DNA of 64,000 nt from Octopus vulgaris (GCA_951406725.2 OX597820.1:124806001-124870000), one strand, 5' to 3'. Positions 1 to 12,162 are shown, numbered from the stretch's first letter. Numbers and translations are program-made. Notes: generated by a model from the letters alone, not told the origin.

Positions 1-707
1 AAATCACGCTCATATAGCATAAAAAGATTAATCTATATAAGTTGCTATAAGAAGGTGGATGAAGATTACCGTTTGTGGAATTTATATATGGAAAAGTCTC
101 AAGTTGACATTAAAATAAATGAGGTGACAGAATGATCTCGTCAGTTTCTTCCGGTAAGAAAACCCAACGGCTTTCTAATAAGATCAACAAATAACTCATA
201 CCAAATATCTCAAATGTGTAAGAATGAAACTTATACAGATTTGATAGAAAGCAATGTTTTGCGGAAAGAATCCATTTAAGTTAATTATAAACTGCAATGT
301 TTGCTCCCAAGCATAAGACATGAACCAGGTTTACAGACTGATATTCGAATAGATATCCTTAGCAAAAAATATATTTCTGCAGCTCTCTTACAATTTATCT
401 TCATTATTTATATTCTACCGAGCTGACAGAAACATAATACAGCAAATATATGTTCACGATGCAGAATAATATAGGTGAGAGTCCTTATCGTAATGTAGGT
501 GCATACATATTTGTATATATAGATACATATATATACTTGCTTATACAATAATACACGCTAACATACACACATATACATACATATAATATATATATTCACA
601 TACACATACATATATATATATACATATATGAATATATAAAAATTACTACATATTTCTAAAAACGCGTATATATATGAATATATAAAAATTGCTATATATT
701 TCTAAAA

Positions 708-745
<38 letters not shown>

Positions 746-1663
746 GTATGTAAATATATATATGCTTGTTTACCTCTAATTGCTTCCATATATGATTGTA
801 CGTGCGTATGTGCACGCGCGCGTGTGTCTGTATGCTTGCGTGTCAGTGTGTGTGTGTGGGTGGGTGTGCCTGTGGATGTATTCATACACGCACATACATA
901 TAAGTATATCTATTGGATTTCTTTGCATTATTGACTTCTAAAATTCCCACATCAGTCCGCATATAAATCCTCGTGCGGAAACACTTCGCTGATTATAAGT
1001 AGAGATGATAAACGTGCACATTCTTAATGCATATGTCTTGGCAAAACGTCGTTTCTTTTTTTTACTATTTCATTAGTTTTTATATTATATCTATGGATCA
1101 AACTCAGTAAACAACGAGTGCAGTTTTCTACATCAATTCCATCATGCAATTGTTATTACAATTTGGGAGTGCCATTTTGCTAATTAAAACATGCGTAATA
1201 ATTCCCGATTATATAATGTTACTTTTATTATTGTTTCCCTAATGTTATCTGGTTACCTAATTAACTAAACAATAGTTGGAGTAATTTTTGATCAGTCATT
1301 CAGTGCCATCTTCTGAAATATGTTGTTGCTTCCTGTGACATTATCAAAGCAGATACGAAACAATAGGTATATCAGATATATATGAGAGCTAGGGATCTGT
1401 GTGTAAGATGAAAGCTAGCTTGAAGCAATTCGTATTATATACAATAAAAACTTTCTGAAAGAAGTGTTGTTTGTTGTGAAGTACTTTTGTGGAATTTTTT
1501 CATTTCGAATTACGATAAACTGAAAAAAGTTCTTAATCAAGTTATCCTTCGCCTGAAAAGTAGCCTGCGGTAAGCACCTCGCTTTGATATTCACCACTTC
1601 TCAGGTTCTGCGCGTTACGAACCTTATACAGCTCGGATCTTTTCTGCTCCATCCCTTTACTCT

Positions 1664-1707
<44 letters not shown>

Positions 1708-1723
1708 CAGACACACACATAAA

Positions 1724-1790
<67 letters not shown>

Positions 1791-1799
1791 TACAAGAGA

Positions 1800-2630
1800 T
1801 AATTTTCCTTTCTTTTTATGGAAACAATATACATATAGTTGAAAATATGCGGCAAACATATATAAAAAGTGGAAAAGAAATAACTACGCTCCATATAGTT
1901 TAATACCTTTTTATAAATATATACATATTATATGGATGTTGTGAAATCTAACCGGTATTCGCCTTTAAATTAGCTTTTCAAGGGATATTGTACTGTAATC
2001 AAGTTTCCTCATTTTGGATGTTTGAAAAATAAGAATGAATCTAGAAAGTGAACCATGGGAGGCAACAGGTGGCAAGGGATACAACTGGCTTCTTACTATA
2101 ATTTTTTAAATGGTCAAATTTGTATATTGAGCTATGGACTGTTCTTTTGTACGAACAGGTTTTCTTGTTTAGGCGTTCTTGTACTGAAATTGAATCTTTG
2201 CATTGGTATAATGGGAAGGTATGAACATTCAGCGTTCTATTATTTACGAATCTGTCGATATGTCCGCTCAGTGCTAAGTGCCTGTATTGAGGGAAACGAA
2301 TCTGTTCTTTATGCAGCGTGACACTCCGTCTCAAAGTAATGTTCGTTTCGCCCACATAATTGTGACCACAACCTGAGCAGATTACGACATAGATAAGGTT
2401 CTGGGAAGTACATGTGAAGTTGGTCTTAATTGAGCCTTTAGTTAGGTATAAGCATGTTCCACAATTAGGTCGCCTGTATTGTCATCTGTTGGTATCGTTT
2501 TTAATGTGTATAGGAGCTGCTTGAAACAGTCGTATTGTATCACTACTTGATATCCTACTGCTCTTTCCATTTTATTCACCCTACTTCGAGGTGTGCTGAT
2601 AATACCGGACTGATTTGGCGCTTCAACTTA
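1800..2630 (-). mobile_element. Penelope-like retroelement 3' fragment (GIY-YIG endonuclease remnant plus downstream pseudo-LTR)
   Basis: Minus-strand frame extending ORF 2041..2355 upstream reads RRPNCGTCLYLTKGSIKTNFTCTSQNLIYVVICSGCGHNYVGETNITLRRSVTLHKEQIRFPQYRH: CxxC, 'LIY', CxxC, 'YVG.T' and R..H pattern of PLE GIY-YIG domains; upstream stop and C-terminal frameshift; degenerate HHR-like motif downstream at 1944-1988. Confidence 0.85.
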
Positions 2631-2655
2631 AGTACCTAATTCAATTGAATCTCAA

Positions 2656-2708
<53 letters not shown>

Positions 2709-2739
2709 AACATGTGTGTATACACATACACACACACTC

Positions 2740-2771
<32 letters not shown>

Positions 2772-3238
2772 GCACTTTTTCCAGTATGTACGTATATATC
2801 TCTGTGATTGATTATATTTAAATTGCACATAATTTATAGATTTAGAAGCGGTATTTATTTGTTTAGTAATAGAAGATTTTATGATTCTCTATTTTCATTT
2901 GCTAAAATTTTCCGCTCAGGTTTACGTTAATTTGCATATGTAGATATAATTTGGAAAAAAATGATATGTCGTAATCTGTGCGGTTATGCTATAAACTTTA
3001 TGTATTTAAAATAGCATTAATATAAACTAGTATTGACACTATCTATGTAAATTATCTATTTTGATATCACGATGTCAAGTTTTGCATTAGATTATATACC
3101 ACAAATTATTGAAACATTATTCTAAGTAGTTTTGCCTCTGTGTGTGGGCGTAAGTATGCGTGTGTTTGTGTACATATATATATATATAGAGAGAGAGAGA
3201 ACAATCTTACTTAGAAATGGATACATGCGTTCCGCCAT

Positions 3239-3995
3239 ATAATAAATTAATAAATAAAATAAAACATATGCATATATACATACATATATGTACTACCTAC
3301 CTCTACATGTATATATACATGCATATATGGGTACAGGACACCAAAAAACGTCGAACACAATGAGAGGCGAAAACATAAACACAAAACCGAGGAAATCGTC
3401 ATTTTTTATAAAATAACGAAAAAATAGAGTACAGGACATACAATACAAGGAATATTCCCCTTCTTCAGTTGCCTTTGTTTCATCTACTCCGCGTTTCGAA
3501 GGTAAAGGCGAGACACGACTTTAATGAAATATTTCTTTCCGCGAAAAGCAAATTAAATAAAATTTCAGATTTTTTTGCGGAGGGGTAAAAATGGTAACAA
3601 AAAACAGGACAGTAAGGACAGTACAAAATATAAACAGTAAAGTACAGGACAAGGAGAATAACAGTAACACAAACATTGAGAACTGTTAAGCCAGAACGGA
3701 AGGAAAATATTATGAACGCTTTTGAGGACGGCAAGAGAGAGACAGGAAAGCCAGCCACACTTGAAGGAAGCCAGGTCAGAAAGACAGTAGCAGAACTCTC
3801 GTCGCGGGTAAACGACTGGAGGGAGAAGGAGGAGGAAGAGAAAGGGAGAGAAAAAAGGGAATGGTTGTAGAGAAAACCAGAATGAATTAAGTATTTTCGT
3901 TTCTCATTGTGTTCGACGTTTCTTTGGTGTCCTGTACCCATATATGCATGTATATATATACATGTAGAGGTAGGTACGTACGTATATGTATGCAT
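3239..3995. mobile_element. Non-coding element with ~100-bp terminal inverted repeats (probably PLE-derived, inverted pseudo-LTR arrangement)
   Basis: 3268-3364 (catatatacatac...gggtacaggacaccaaaaaacgtcgaacacaatgag) is the approximate reverse complement of 3903-3995; same family recurs at 7646-7940 and 56050-56950. Confidence 0.6.
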
Positions 3996-4020
3996 ATATG
4001 CATACGTTTTATTTTATATA

Positions 4021-4062
<42 letters not shown>

Positions 4063-4176
4063 TATACGTTTGTACAAACATATATGAATATATACTAAAA
4101 CACACACATACACATTCATTCACTCACACACGTACTCATATGTAGATACAGCTAATTGACATATTTGACACGTTAT

Positions 4177-4303
4177 TGTAGAACCTCGGTATTCGAACAA
4201 CTCTGATTACGAATAAATCGTACTTTATCTCCTGCCATTCTCCTATTCATTTAATATAGTAGTACCTCGATTTACTAACGACCCCGATAACGAATAAACC
4301 TTG

Positions 4304-4347
<44 letters not shown>

Positions 4348-4400
4348 TAAAGCACGATTTACTGCGATCAGATTTGTTCGAAAACCGACGTCCTACTGTA
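4177..4400. mobile_element. Small MITE-like remnant with pogo/Tigger-like TIRs
   Basis: 4177-4228 (gtagaacctcggtattcgaac...aaatcgtactttat) pairs imperfectly with 4346-4398 on the opposite strand; a third TIR-like copy (tagtagtacctcgatttactaacg) starts near 4257. Confidence 0.4.
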
Positions 4401-5399
4401 TATATGTACGAATCAAAGATTTTATCCCTTCTAAAATGCACTTGTATTTCTGTCGCCATAATTAACATACTCAGATACCACTGATCATACTCCCTCACGT
4501 TGACCACCTTCATATTTCATAAAAATGCAGACCCCCCCCCATTCATACTTCGACTCACACCATGCAAATATCCACATCCCTAAAATCAACGCTTTCCTCC
4601 GTATTCTCTTTAGCCCCAGCCATAATTTTCTCAGACAAAATTAGTAAATGATACACAACTTCATATTGGAGCACAGAATCGTCGGACGTTAAATGATGCA
4701 CCCTATCCAATTCTTCATACTCTTATTTCAATCCGTTTCTCCACTCGAAAGCATCTTCCTTTCTCCTCACACCTATCGCTCTAAAGTACTCCTCTAGCAC
4801 ACTATCATATCCGATCTCCCAACACTCCCGTCCGATCAATCTTTCCGCACATCCATGAAGAAACCCTCTCGACTCTGCGTAACCTACTCATATTTTTGTT
4901 CTTACAAACAGTAACTAAGGATCTTCTTCCAAATGCCCAACCCACCCCAACTGAAAACGTTGCAAACTCAAGAATACACCCCATCTCGAACTCAAACACT
5001 GCTTGTTACTTATAACCATCTCTACCTGCATCACTAACAATCCATTTACTTCTTAACATACCCTTTCTGTACATTCATATTGTTAAAGATCTCCTGGACG
5101 ACACTTTTTCCCTATTTTCATAAGACATGTATACAATATCCTCAAAGGTAATGACATTCGTGACTGCCAGTTATGTTATGATGATTACCACTTTGGACCT
5201 CTCGACGACATCCTTGCACAACAATTTCCCAGTATCATGTCACCAATGTGCGAACAAGATTCTTACAACTTTCACTCCTCACGGACTCATTCACAGCTAA
5301 ACAAGTAATCATCAGACATTTGCATGACACACACACACTCACACACACACATATATATATATATAATAATAATAATAATATTTCGGAGTATAAAAATTC

Positions 5400-5960
5400 C
5401 TTTTTCAGATATCGCTAGATCGGATTTCTAATGGTTACAAGTTCTATGCACAAAACCGTTACATATACGTATCAAAAAGCATCTGAACACGAGAGCGCCC
5501 TCCTTCAGAAAACACCTAGAAATGTGCCGGAACACCAGCAAATGCATAACAGTCACAAATGAGGCCAATGACAGAAATTTGGGAAATCTAAGAATTAAGG
5601 AAGCTTTCCTCATAGGCAGACTATGGCTCCAAATTAACAACTGGCTCGAGGATGGCAATCAATATATTAATTATTTACATTTGGAGGCCTGTAAGTTCAT
5701 TTCTGATAACATGCTCATGTATTGTAAGAAAAAAATGAAACTTGACTATAATACATAACTTAGAAGCAGCGTTGGGGAATGTGCCAACAGAAACGGAATT
5801 CTGGAAGAAACTTCGTGAGACTACTGCAGAGAGTAACCGTTGCAAAACCGATTATAGCAGTGACCCGAGCAATTCCTAGCAATATCTGAAGAAGGAACTT
5901 TTGTATTCTGAAATATATCAGACTATAGATGATTAAATTATAACAGATATTATAGTCCAC
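5400..5960 (+). mobile_element. Penelope-like retroelement 3' fragment (GIY-YIG C-terminal half), second family
   Basis: Frame of ORF 5522..5758 extended upstream reads KPLHIRIKKHLNTRAPSFRKHLEMCRNTSKCITVTNEANDRNLGNLRIKEAFLIGRLWLQINN: R..H, H, E..I and P.IN-type GIY-YIG tail motifs; the YIG motif is disrupted. Confidence 0.75.
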
Positions 5961-7645
5961 TCTGCATTGTTTTGCTATTCAAGACACGTTATATTTCACA
6001 AATAAATCACAATGCTTCAAACGAACTACGATACTTTCCTATATACATACATGTATATATATATATAAATATATATATATAATACTATGACGGTTAAAAA
6101 TTTTCCTGCATGCACTTGATAGAGGCAGGTTTTTTCATAAAATCGTATGAGAAAAATAATGAATGCGGTATGCATATTTGTGAAGGCTCATATATAACTG
6201 TGTGTAAATAGTAAAGACAGCGTAGTATATATAAATATTTGTAAAGGGACATGAACACGTTTTTGTGTGTATGTGTACGGACATATGCGTGTATATACAT
6301 ATATACACACATACATATGTATATATCTCATTCAACTACTACCGTAGTTGAACAATATTCTTAAGATCGCAATTTACTCCTACGCAGCATCTTTCAGAGA
6401 TTGTCGCTAAATCGTTTCTTAACCAGTTTGAAAGCTGTTAATATAGCAAATTGAGATCCAGTAGAAAACAAATTTACATCAAAATGTGTAGCAACCTTAT
6501 AGGAGAGTAATTAACGCTACCAATCTAGTTTAGATCTAAATAACTTTTTTCTTTATTTTAGAACAGATTGTATTTATCTTAGCTTCAATGATTGAAGAAA
6601 GCATGAAAAATGTCATTGTTTTAGTCCCATGCAACAAACAATTGTATCAAAAAACGTTGGGTAAAATAGCACGGAAAAATAAAAGTAATTCGAAAAATTG
6701 AATTGAAGTATAATTAACGTTTTTATTGTAAAGGCAAATTATATTTTAATTAAGCTTAAATGATTGAACTCAATTCTAGAAATTTTATGGTATCAAACTC
6801 CTGCAATGAGATTTTTAAAAGAAAAAAAGTTAAGTGTTTGTTTCTAAAATTTGAAAATGATAATATAGTTCTATGCATATAATTCAATAAGCGGAATTTT
6901 AATATATGTCACCGGCGTCATGGAAGTAAGGAAAAAATTACCCACGATACAGCTAATTGACATATTTGACACGTTATTGATTAGGATTGTTGCATAGCCT
7001 GGAAAAACATGGATAACATGGAAAAATATGAGCAAGAGGAATAATATTCTTAAGATTCTACATCTGGAAAAGCACAGGACAAGTTATTACATCTAGTAAG
7101 GTAGCGAACAAGAAAACTTTTACTTAAAATATTGCGACTAAGGATAAAAATGTCAATATTTAAATTATTTGATCTTCATTTACAAACTAACATTATAAAT
7201 TTAAAAGGTAACACCATTTTGTTAAAATATTGACACACTACAATACTTAAAAAATGAGAAACAGAAGTAAAAATATAGGTAAAGTTTTATGCAAAGTAGA
7301 AAAGAATATATGGTAGGCAAATTCATTATGTAAAAAATAGGTATTTCGTCATTACTAAAGATGTGAAGACTTGGAAATAACTTAAGCTATATCTCAAGCA
7401 AATTTTACTGTGAATTTGTTTTTAGATGTAGAATTCACTGTAATATATGACTAAATTTTGTATTAGTCTATTTAATGTAATAACTAATTATGTACTACTA
7501 CTATGTTTTATAACATATTTTCAAATTTTTACTTACTAATTAATAATTAATAAAAGAAATATTTTTTAAAGTGCAAAAGATATGTTCAGTTATTTCTTTA
7601 ATGTTTAATACAGGTAACAAGTAATAACAAGAAGAATAACTTTCT

Positions 7646-7966
7646 TAGAAATATTTCATTAAAGTCGTGTCTCGCCTTTACCTTCGAAACGCGGAGTAGA
7701 TGAAACAAAGGCAACTGAAGAAGGGGACTATTCCTTGTATTGTATGTCCTGTACTCTATTTTTTCGTTATTTTATAAAAAATGACGATTTCCACGGTTTT
7801 GTGTTTATGTTTTCGCCTCTCATTGTGTTCGACGTTTTTTGGTGTCCTGTACCCATATATGCATGTATATATACATGTAGAGGTAGGTAGTACATATATG
7901 TATGTATATATGCATATGTTTTATTTTATTTATTAATTTATATGTTTTATTTTATTTATTAATTTA
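7646..7966 (-). repeat. Near-identical inverted copy of 3241-3536
   Basis: Reverse-complement match over ~295 bp with about 2 mismatches by eye; ends in a 26-bp tandem duplication (7915-7940/7941-7966). Confidence 0.9.
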
Positions 7967-8261
7967 TTATTTCTTATATTTGAAATATTATTCTAAGCTG
8001 CCATACTTTAAGTAAACATGTTCTTGTTCTGTACTATACCAGATGTAATAAGCCGTACATGGTACACACAGACCCGGGTTTCTGAAAGGTTACTCGTCCT
8101 CAGTATTTGATAATCAGCAGCTAGTTATAAGTTCTTTATCATGATCATAGGATCTAACATAGAGTGGACATCACAGGACGTTGCAAACATATAACGTTCA
8201 TGAGTTCGTTTAGTTTATGCAGTTAAAATATGGAATGATATGTATTTATGATAGGTATTAA

Positions 8262-10200
8262 TTACAATGAATTATTTCACATTTTGGCCGGGAGTCCACC
8301 GACTACACCGTACGAATTTACTATGGATTTAAGCAAGGTCTTTCACTCCCAACTTCCTCGCCATATCCTTCCATCTTTCCCCGCAACTGCTTCGCGACAG
8401 GCATCGCCTCCCCAGCTCTATCTTGCTCTTCAGATAATATCTGAAATAATACAGCAAACCAAGGCCGGAGATGAAGGACCCGTCGCGACTCCTTTCATTC
8501 TCGTTTTTACAATACATATATCAATTTCTAATGACCTAAGATCGTCCCGGAGAAAGTTTGCTTCCATTTCGACTCTAGTCCATGCACATTTATGCACCCA
8601 AACTTAAATTCCTTAGAAATTAGTAGTTACATTGTTATTTTGGGTGGGGGCTCCACGAATTCAGCTTCCCCACATCTTCCATCTTCCGTTGTCTAGCCGC
8701 TGGACTTATAATGAAGATCCTGCCGGCTAGCTCTAAACTTACGTCTTGTATAACTTTTCTCTGTTTGTGTCAGTTCATTGAACAAACTCACCTCCATCCT
8801 AGCCATTTGAATGCGAGGTGGCAAATCTTGGCTTGCTTTGTATAATTGTGTTTTCCGGTGTGCACGTATAATTCGTGACAAAGCTTTGTTGCTGTCTTTA
8901 AATGATACAATTTTGTGCCGTAATTTGGGGTGGGATTTGGGGATGGGTTTTAAAAGGGGATGATGAGGGGAGTATTTTCTTGTATGTCTGCGGTTGCTTT
9001 GGATGTTTTTGCATACGGTGGGGAGTCTGGGACTGATATCCTTTTTTTTTTGTTTTTTGAGTCTTTACTAATATATATCCTATTTCTTCTCCTGTCTCCG
9101 GTGGTTAGTGTTTCTTGCCTTGTTGGTTAGCTTTCTTTGGGTACTTCTGCTTGCTATTTTGGATGTTTTCCTCTTCCTTCTTTGTCTTTAGATTTTGTCT
9201 TGAAGAGGGGCTTCGCTTCTTTTCTCTTTACATCCTGAGCAGACATGGCCTTTTCGCTGCACTTCAAACAGCGCGGCCTACATCCCTCAACGCCCACCCT
9301 TACGCTACGATCCTCTACTATGAATACCCTATCGGGAAGTCCTTCAAGGACTTCGGGCTGGTTTGGACCACCATTTCAAGTGACTGTCTTTTCCAATTCT
9401 CTACCTCTTTTTCCTGTATTTGTAGTATTGACAATTTTTTCTTCAATGTAAGTTACAGCTGCTGCAAACCACAACACGTCCAAACGAGACAAAATATCAT
9501 CCACTTCAATTTTCGCTGTTCTTCTGCCTAGAAAAGTTGGTAGGAGAATTAATTCGTCGTTTCTCAGTGTTAATGTCGACAGTTCTTTTGCTGTATTCTC
9601 GTCTGCGATTCGTACCTTCACTGTAGAACATTTTATACCGTGTCCGACGTTTTTTTTAAAAATTTTATTCCAGATGGGTTGCATGCACTTCTCAATTACT
9701 TCATTTTTGACAGGCATCGTTTCTCCTTAAAACAGTACGTCTTATAGCCCACACTCTTGGCACCTGTATTCTGTAGTATATCTTGGGGAGGGAGCAACTT
9801 CGTATCATTCCTTGTTTTCTTAATTATACTCCGGTATTTAAATAATTCCGCCATAGAGACATTCGAATTCACCATATTGGCGCCAGCGACAACTAAAAAA
9901 CAGTGTCTTTCCTTCTGAACTTGTTTTGCATTTTCTTTTTCGTTTTCTTTCGCTTTTCCGTCTCTGGTAAGTCCAAAATTGACTGTAAGTCAAAGTCCAT
10001 GTTAAATACAAAAATTCCTTTAACAGGGCACGCAAATTTTCAAACATATTGACAAAAAATTTTTGCCAAACAATATACTTTCACAAAAGATAATTCTTAA
10101 ACAGAATTTTTACACAAAAAAGGGTAAAAATGAAAGTTCGCAGTTCTCCAACATAACATAATTTTCTGCGCCGCAGGTCGAAAGTAACAGTTAATAAAAC
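8262..10200 (-). mobile_element. L1/Tx1-clade non-LTR retrotransposon, decayed ORF1 plus internally deleted ORF2
   Basis: ORF1-like pieces (ORF 9376..9717) and frameshifted CCHC knuckle C-LK-C-SEKG-H-VCSG-C at ~9230-9290; APE endonuclease N-terminus FKFGCINVHGL...LRDDLRSLEIDICIV at 8505-8617 joined to an ORF2 C-terminus-like peptide (LLYYFRYYLKSKIELGRRCL...ERWKDM*) ending at 8329. Confidence 0.7.
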
Positions 10201-10334
10201 AACCGAGCAGGTTCAACAACAATTCAACGGAATAAGAATACAAAACACAGTAGAAGTATTACATTATAATTACTGCTAAACGAACTCATGAAGGCAGCAG
10301 CCAAAAAAATCGAAGAATCATTAGGCAGTGATGA

Positions 10335-10773
10335 AAACTCATTCACTCGCAAAATATTTTACGCTTTTTCCAGCGACTAACTCTTGCTATCCTCGAAAAA
10401 ATGAGAAAAAAAGCTATATTAAATCTCTGAGCGAGCAGTAAGCATTAAAAGTACGGAATCGTAAAATATATTTGTTAACTAACTGTGGCGCTCCTATAGA
10501 GGACGATATTACTGTCATTTTCAACTCCAGCTGACTACACTGTTTGTGTCCGATTAGTATTTGCGAGGAGATGTCATTGCTCTCATCGTTAGCGTCACGT
10601 GATACACATAGGCTCGGGTTTCTGATTATTTACCCTTTTTCAGTGTGTCATAATTACCAATTAATGATTAAAACTCAATCCACACACAAAATATTATATG
10701 CTTTTTCTAGCGACAAACCGTCGCGGATCTCGGAAAGGAGAAATAAGCTATATTAAATCTGTGAGCGAGAGGT
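10335..10773 (+). repeat. Diverged ~105-bp direct repeats (10335-10440 and 10671-10773) around a ~230-bp core
   Basis: Both copies share aaactca.tc...caaaatatt...gcttttt..agcgac...aagctatattaaatct.tgagcgag. Confidence 0.65.
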
Positions 10774-10785
10774 AAACAACACACA

Positions 10786-10829
<44 letters not shown>

Positions 10830-11185
10830 TACGTACGTATGTATGTACGTACATATGTATGTATTTATGTAAGGATGTACGTATCTCTATATACGCATAA
10901 ATATGTTTCAATGGAATGGTGATAAATTCACTCTCATATTACATACTCTTGCAAACATACTCACATTCCAGTTTATATTGCTTGTACGTTTCACCGAAAT
11001 GTGGGTTCGTACGATCGTAATTAGTTCATACACAATTGCTACACAAACTACCCTCCCTTTGGGATAGCCCGATGTTTAGAACCCAGCAATAGCTAATAGA
11101 CCTTTCCACAAAATTACGTGCTTCTTTTTCCCCACTTATCACTTCTCAATATCTGACTTCCTAAAGAATAGCGTAAGCAAATATT

Positions 11186-11400
11186 CATTTCTCCCATATG
11201 AACAAGGCCTCAAATTTTGGGTGAAGAAGCTGGTGGATTACATCGGCCCCAGTGCTTGACTGGTAGCTATTTTATCGATCCCTAAATCGTGAAACACACA
11301 CTAAATATGTGAGGTAGTTGAACGCAAAATATAAAGATGGATGGAATACACAGTAAGCACATTACCCGGTGTGCCAACGATACGAGCAGCTCGCTGCCTT
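11186..11400 (-). mobile_element. Degenerate SINE (family of 14517-14933)
   Basis: ccccagtgcttgactggtagctattttatcgatccc central block and gctcgctgcctt head, reverse-complementary to the 14517 family. Confidence 0.6.
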
Positions 11401-11415
11401 AGTTTATCCTGATAT

Positions 11416-11541
11416 TACTAACCGCTTTTTTATTTTTCTAGATAAACATTATTTTGTAACTAATATTATAACAATAATTTTATTCTTTTTTGCAGGTAAG
11501 AAAATTTTGTATACAAATATATTATCCTGGAACGCGTAAGT
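11416..11541 (+). other. Candidate splice-signal cluster (small exon(s) or recursive splice site)
   Basis: TACTAAC 11416-11422, pyrimidine tract, TAG ending 11441; second pyrimidine tract TTTTATTCTTTTTTGCAG|GTAAGA at 11495/11496; second donor GC|GTAAGT at 11535/11536. Confidence 0.4.
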
Positions 11542-11852
11542 CTTCTTAAAATAAATACAAATACTTAATAATTTACATGCTGAAGCAATGTTGTTTCGTA
11601 TTGTTATGAATATTTAATTCATCATATGGAAGATTGAAGAAGGGATACATTCATTTTAATCTTAACGGATTTGATTAATTTCTATGTTTATATAAAGCTT
11701 ATCATGTTCATGACACTTCCTCCAACAAATATGTCTTCATACGACACATTGGCAAAACATTACAGACACACATAGACAAACAAATCATATCCTCACATAC
11801 GCAGATATATATTATTTATGTAGATAGATAGACATTGATATGTAAGTATGTG

Positions 11853-11905
<53 letters not shown>

Positions 11906-12162
11906 TCATGTATTTCTCTATGTAACACTGCATTTGTTGACTTCTTTCTATGCGCGTCTTTATTTGTCTCCGATCACAGCTTGACAATAAGTATTAGCTT
12001 CCTTTGTCTTTTCGTAACATAGCTTTTCACTCTAAGAGTGAATAATGTCTTCCAGGTTAAAAGCAAGTAATAGTGCTGATTCAGGCAACTAAAAAATTTA
12101 AGGCCGTGCTCCAGCATGGGTGTATATGTTAGAAGTAATACAAGTCAAAAGATATATATTTT

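Noticed and set aside
626-717. ~46-bp tandem duplication (and a 17-bp tandem at ~63852-63887)
   Set aside because: Ordinary slippage products with no further structure
3440-3530. CUGAAGA and CGAAACGCG motifs in the 3239 family as an HHR
   Set aside because: No UH cleavage site or convincing three-stem junction could be built
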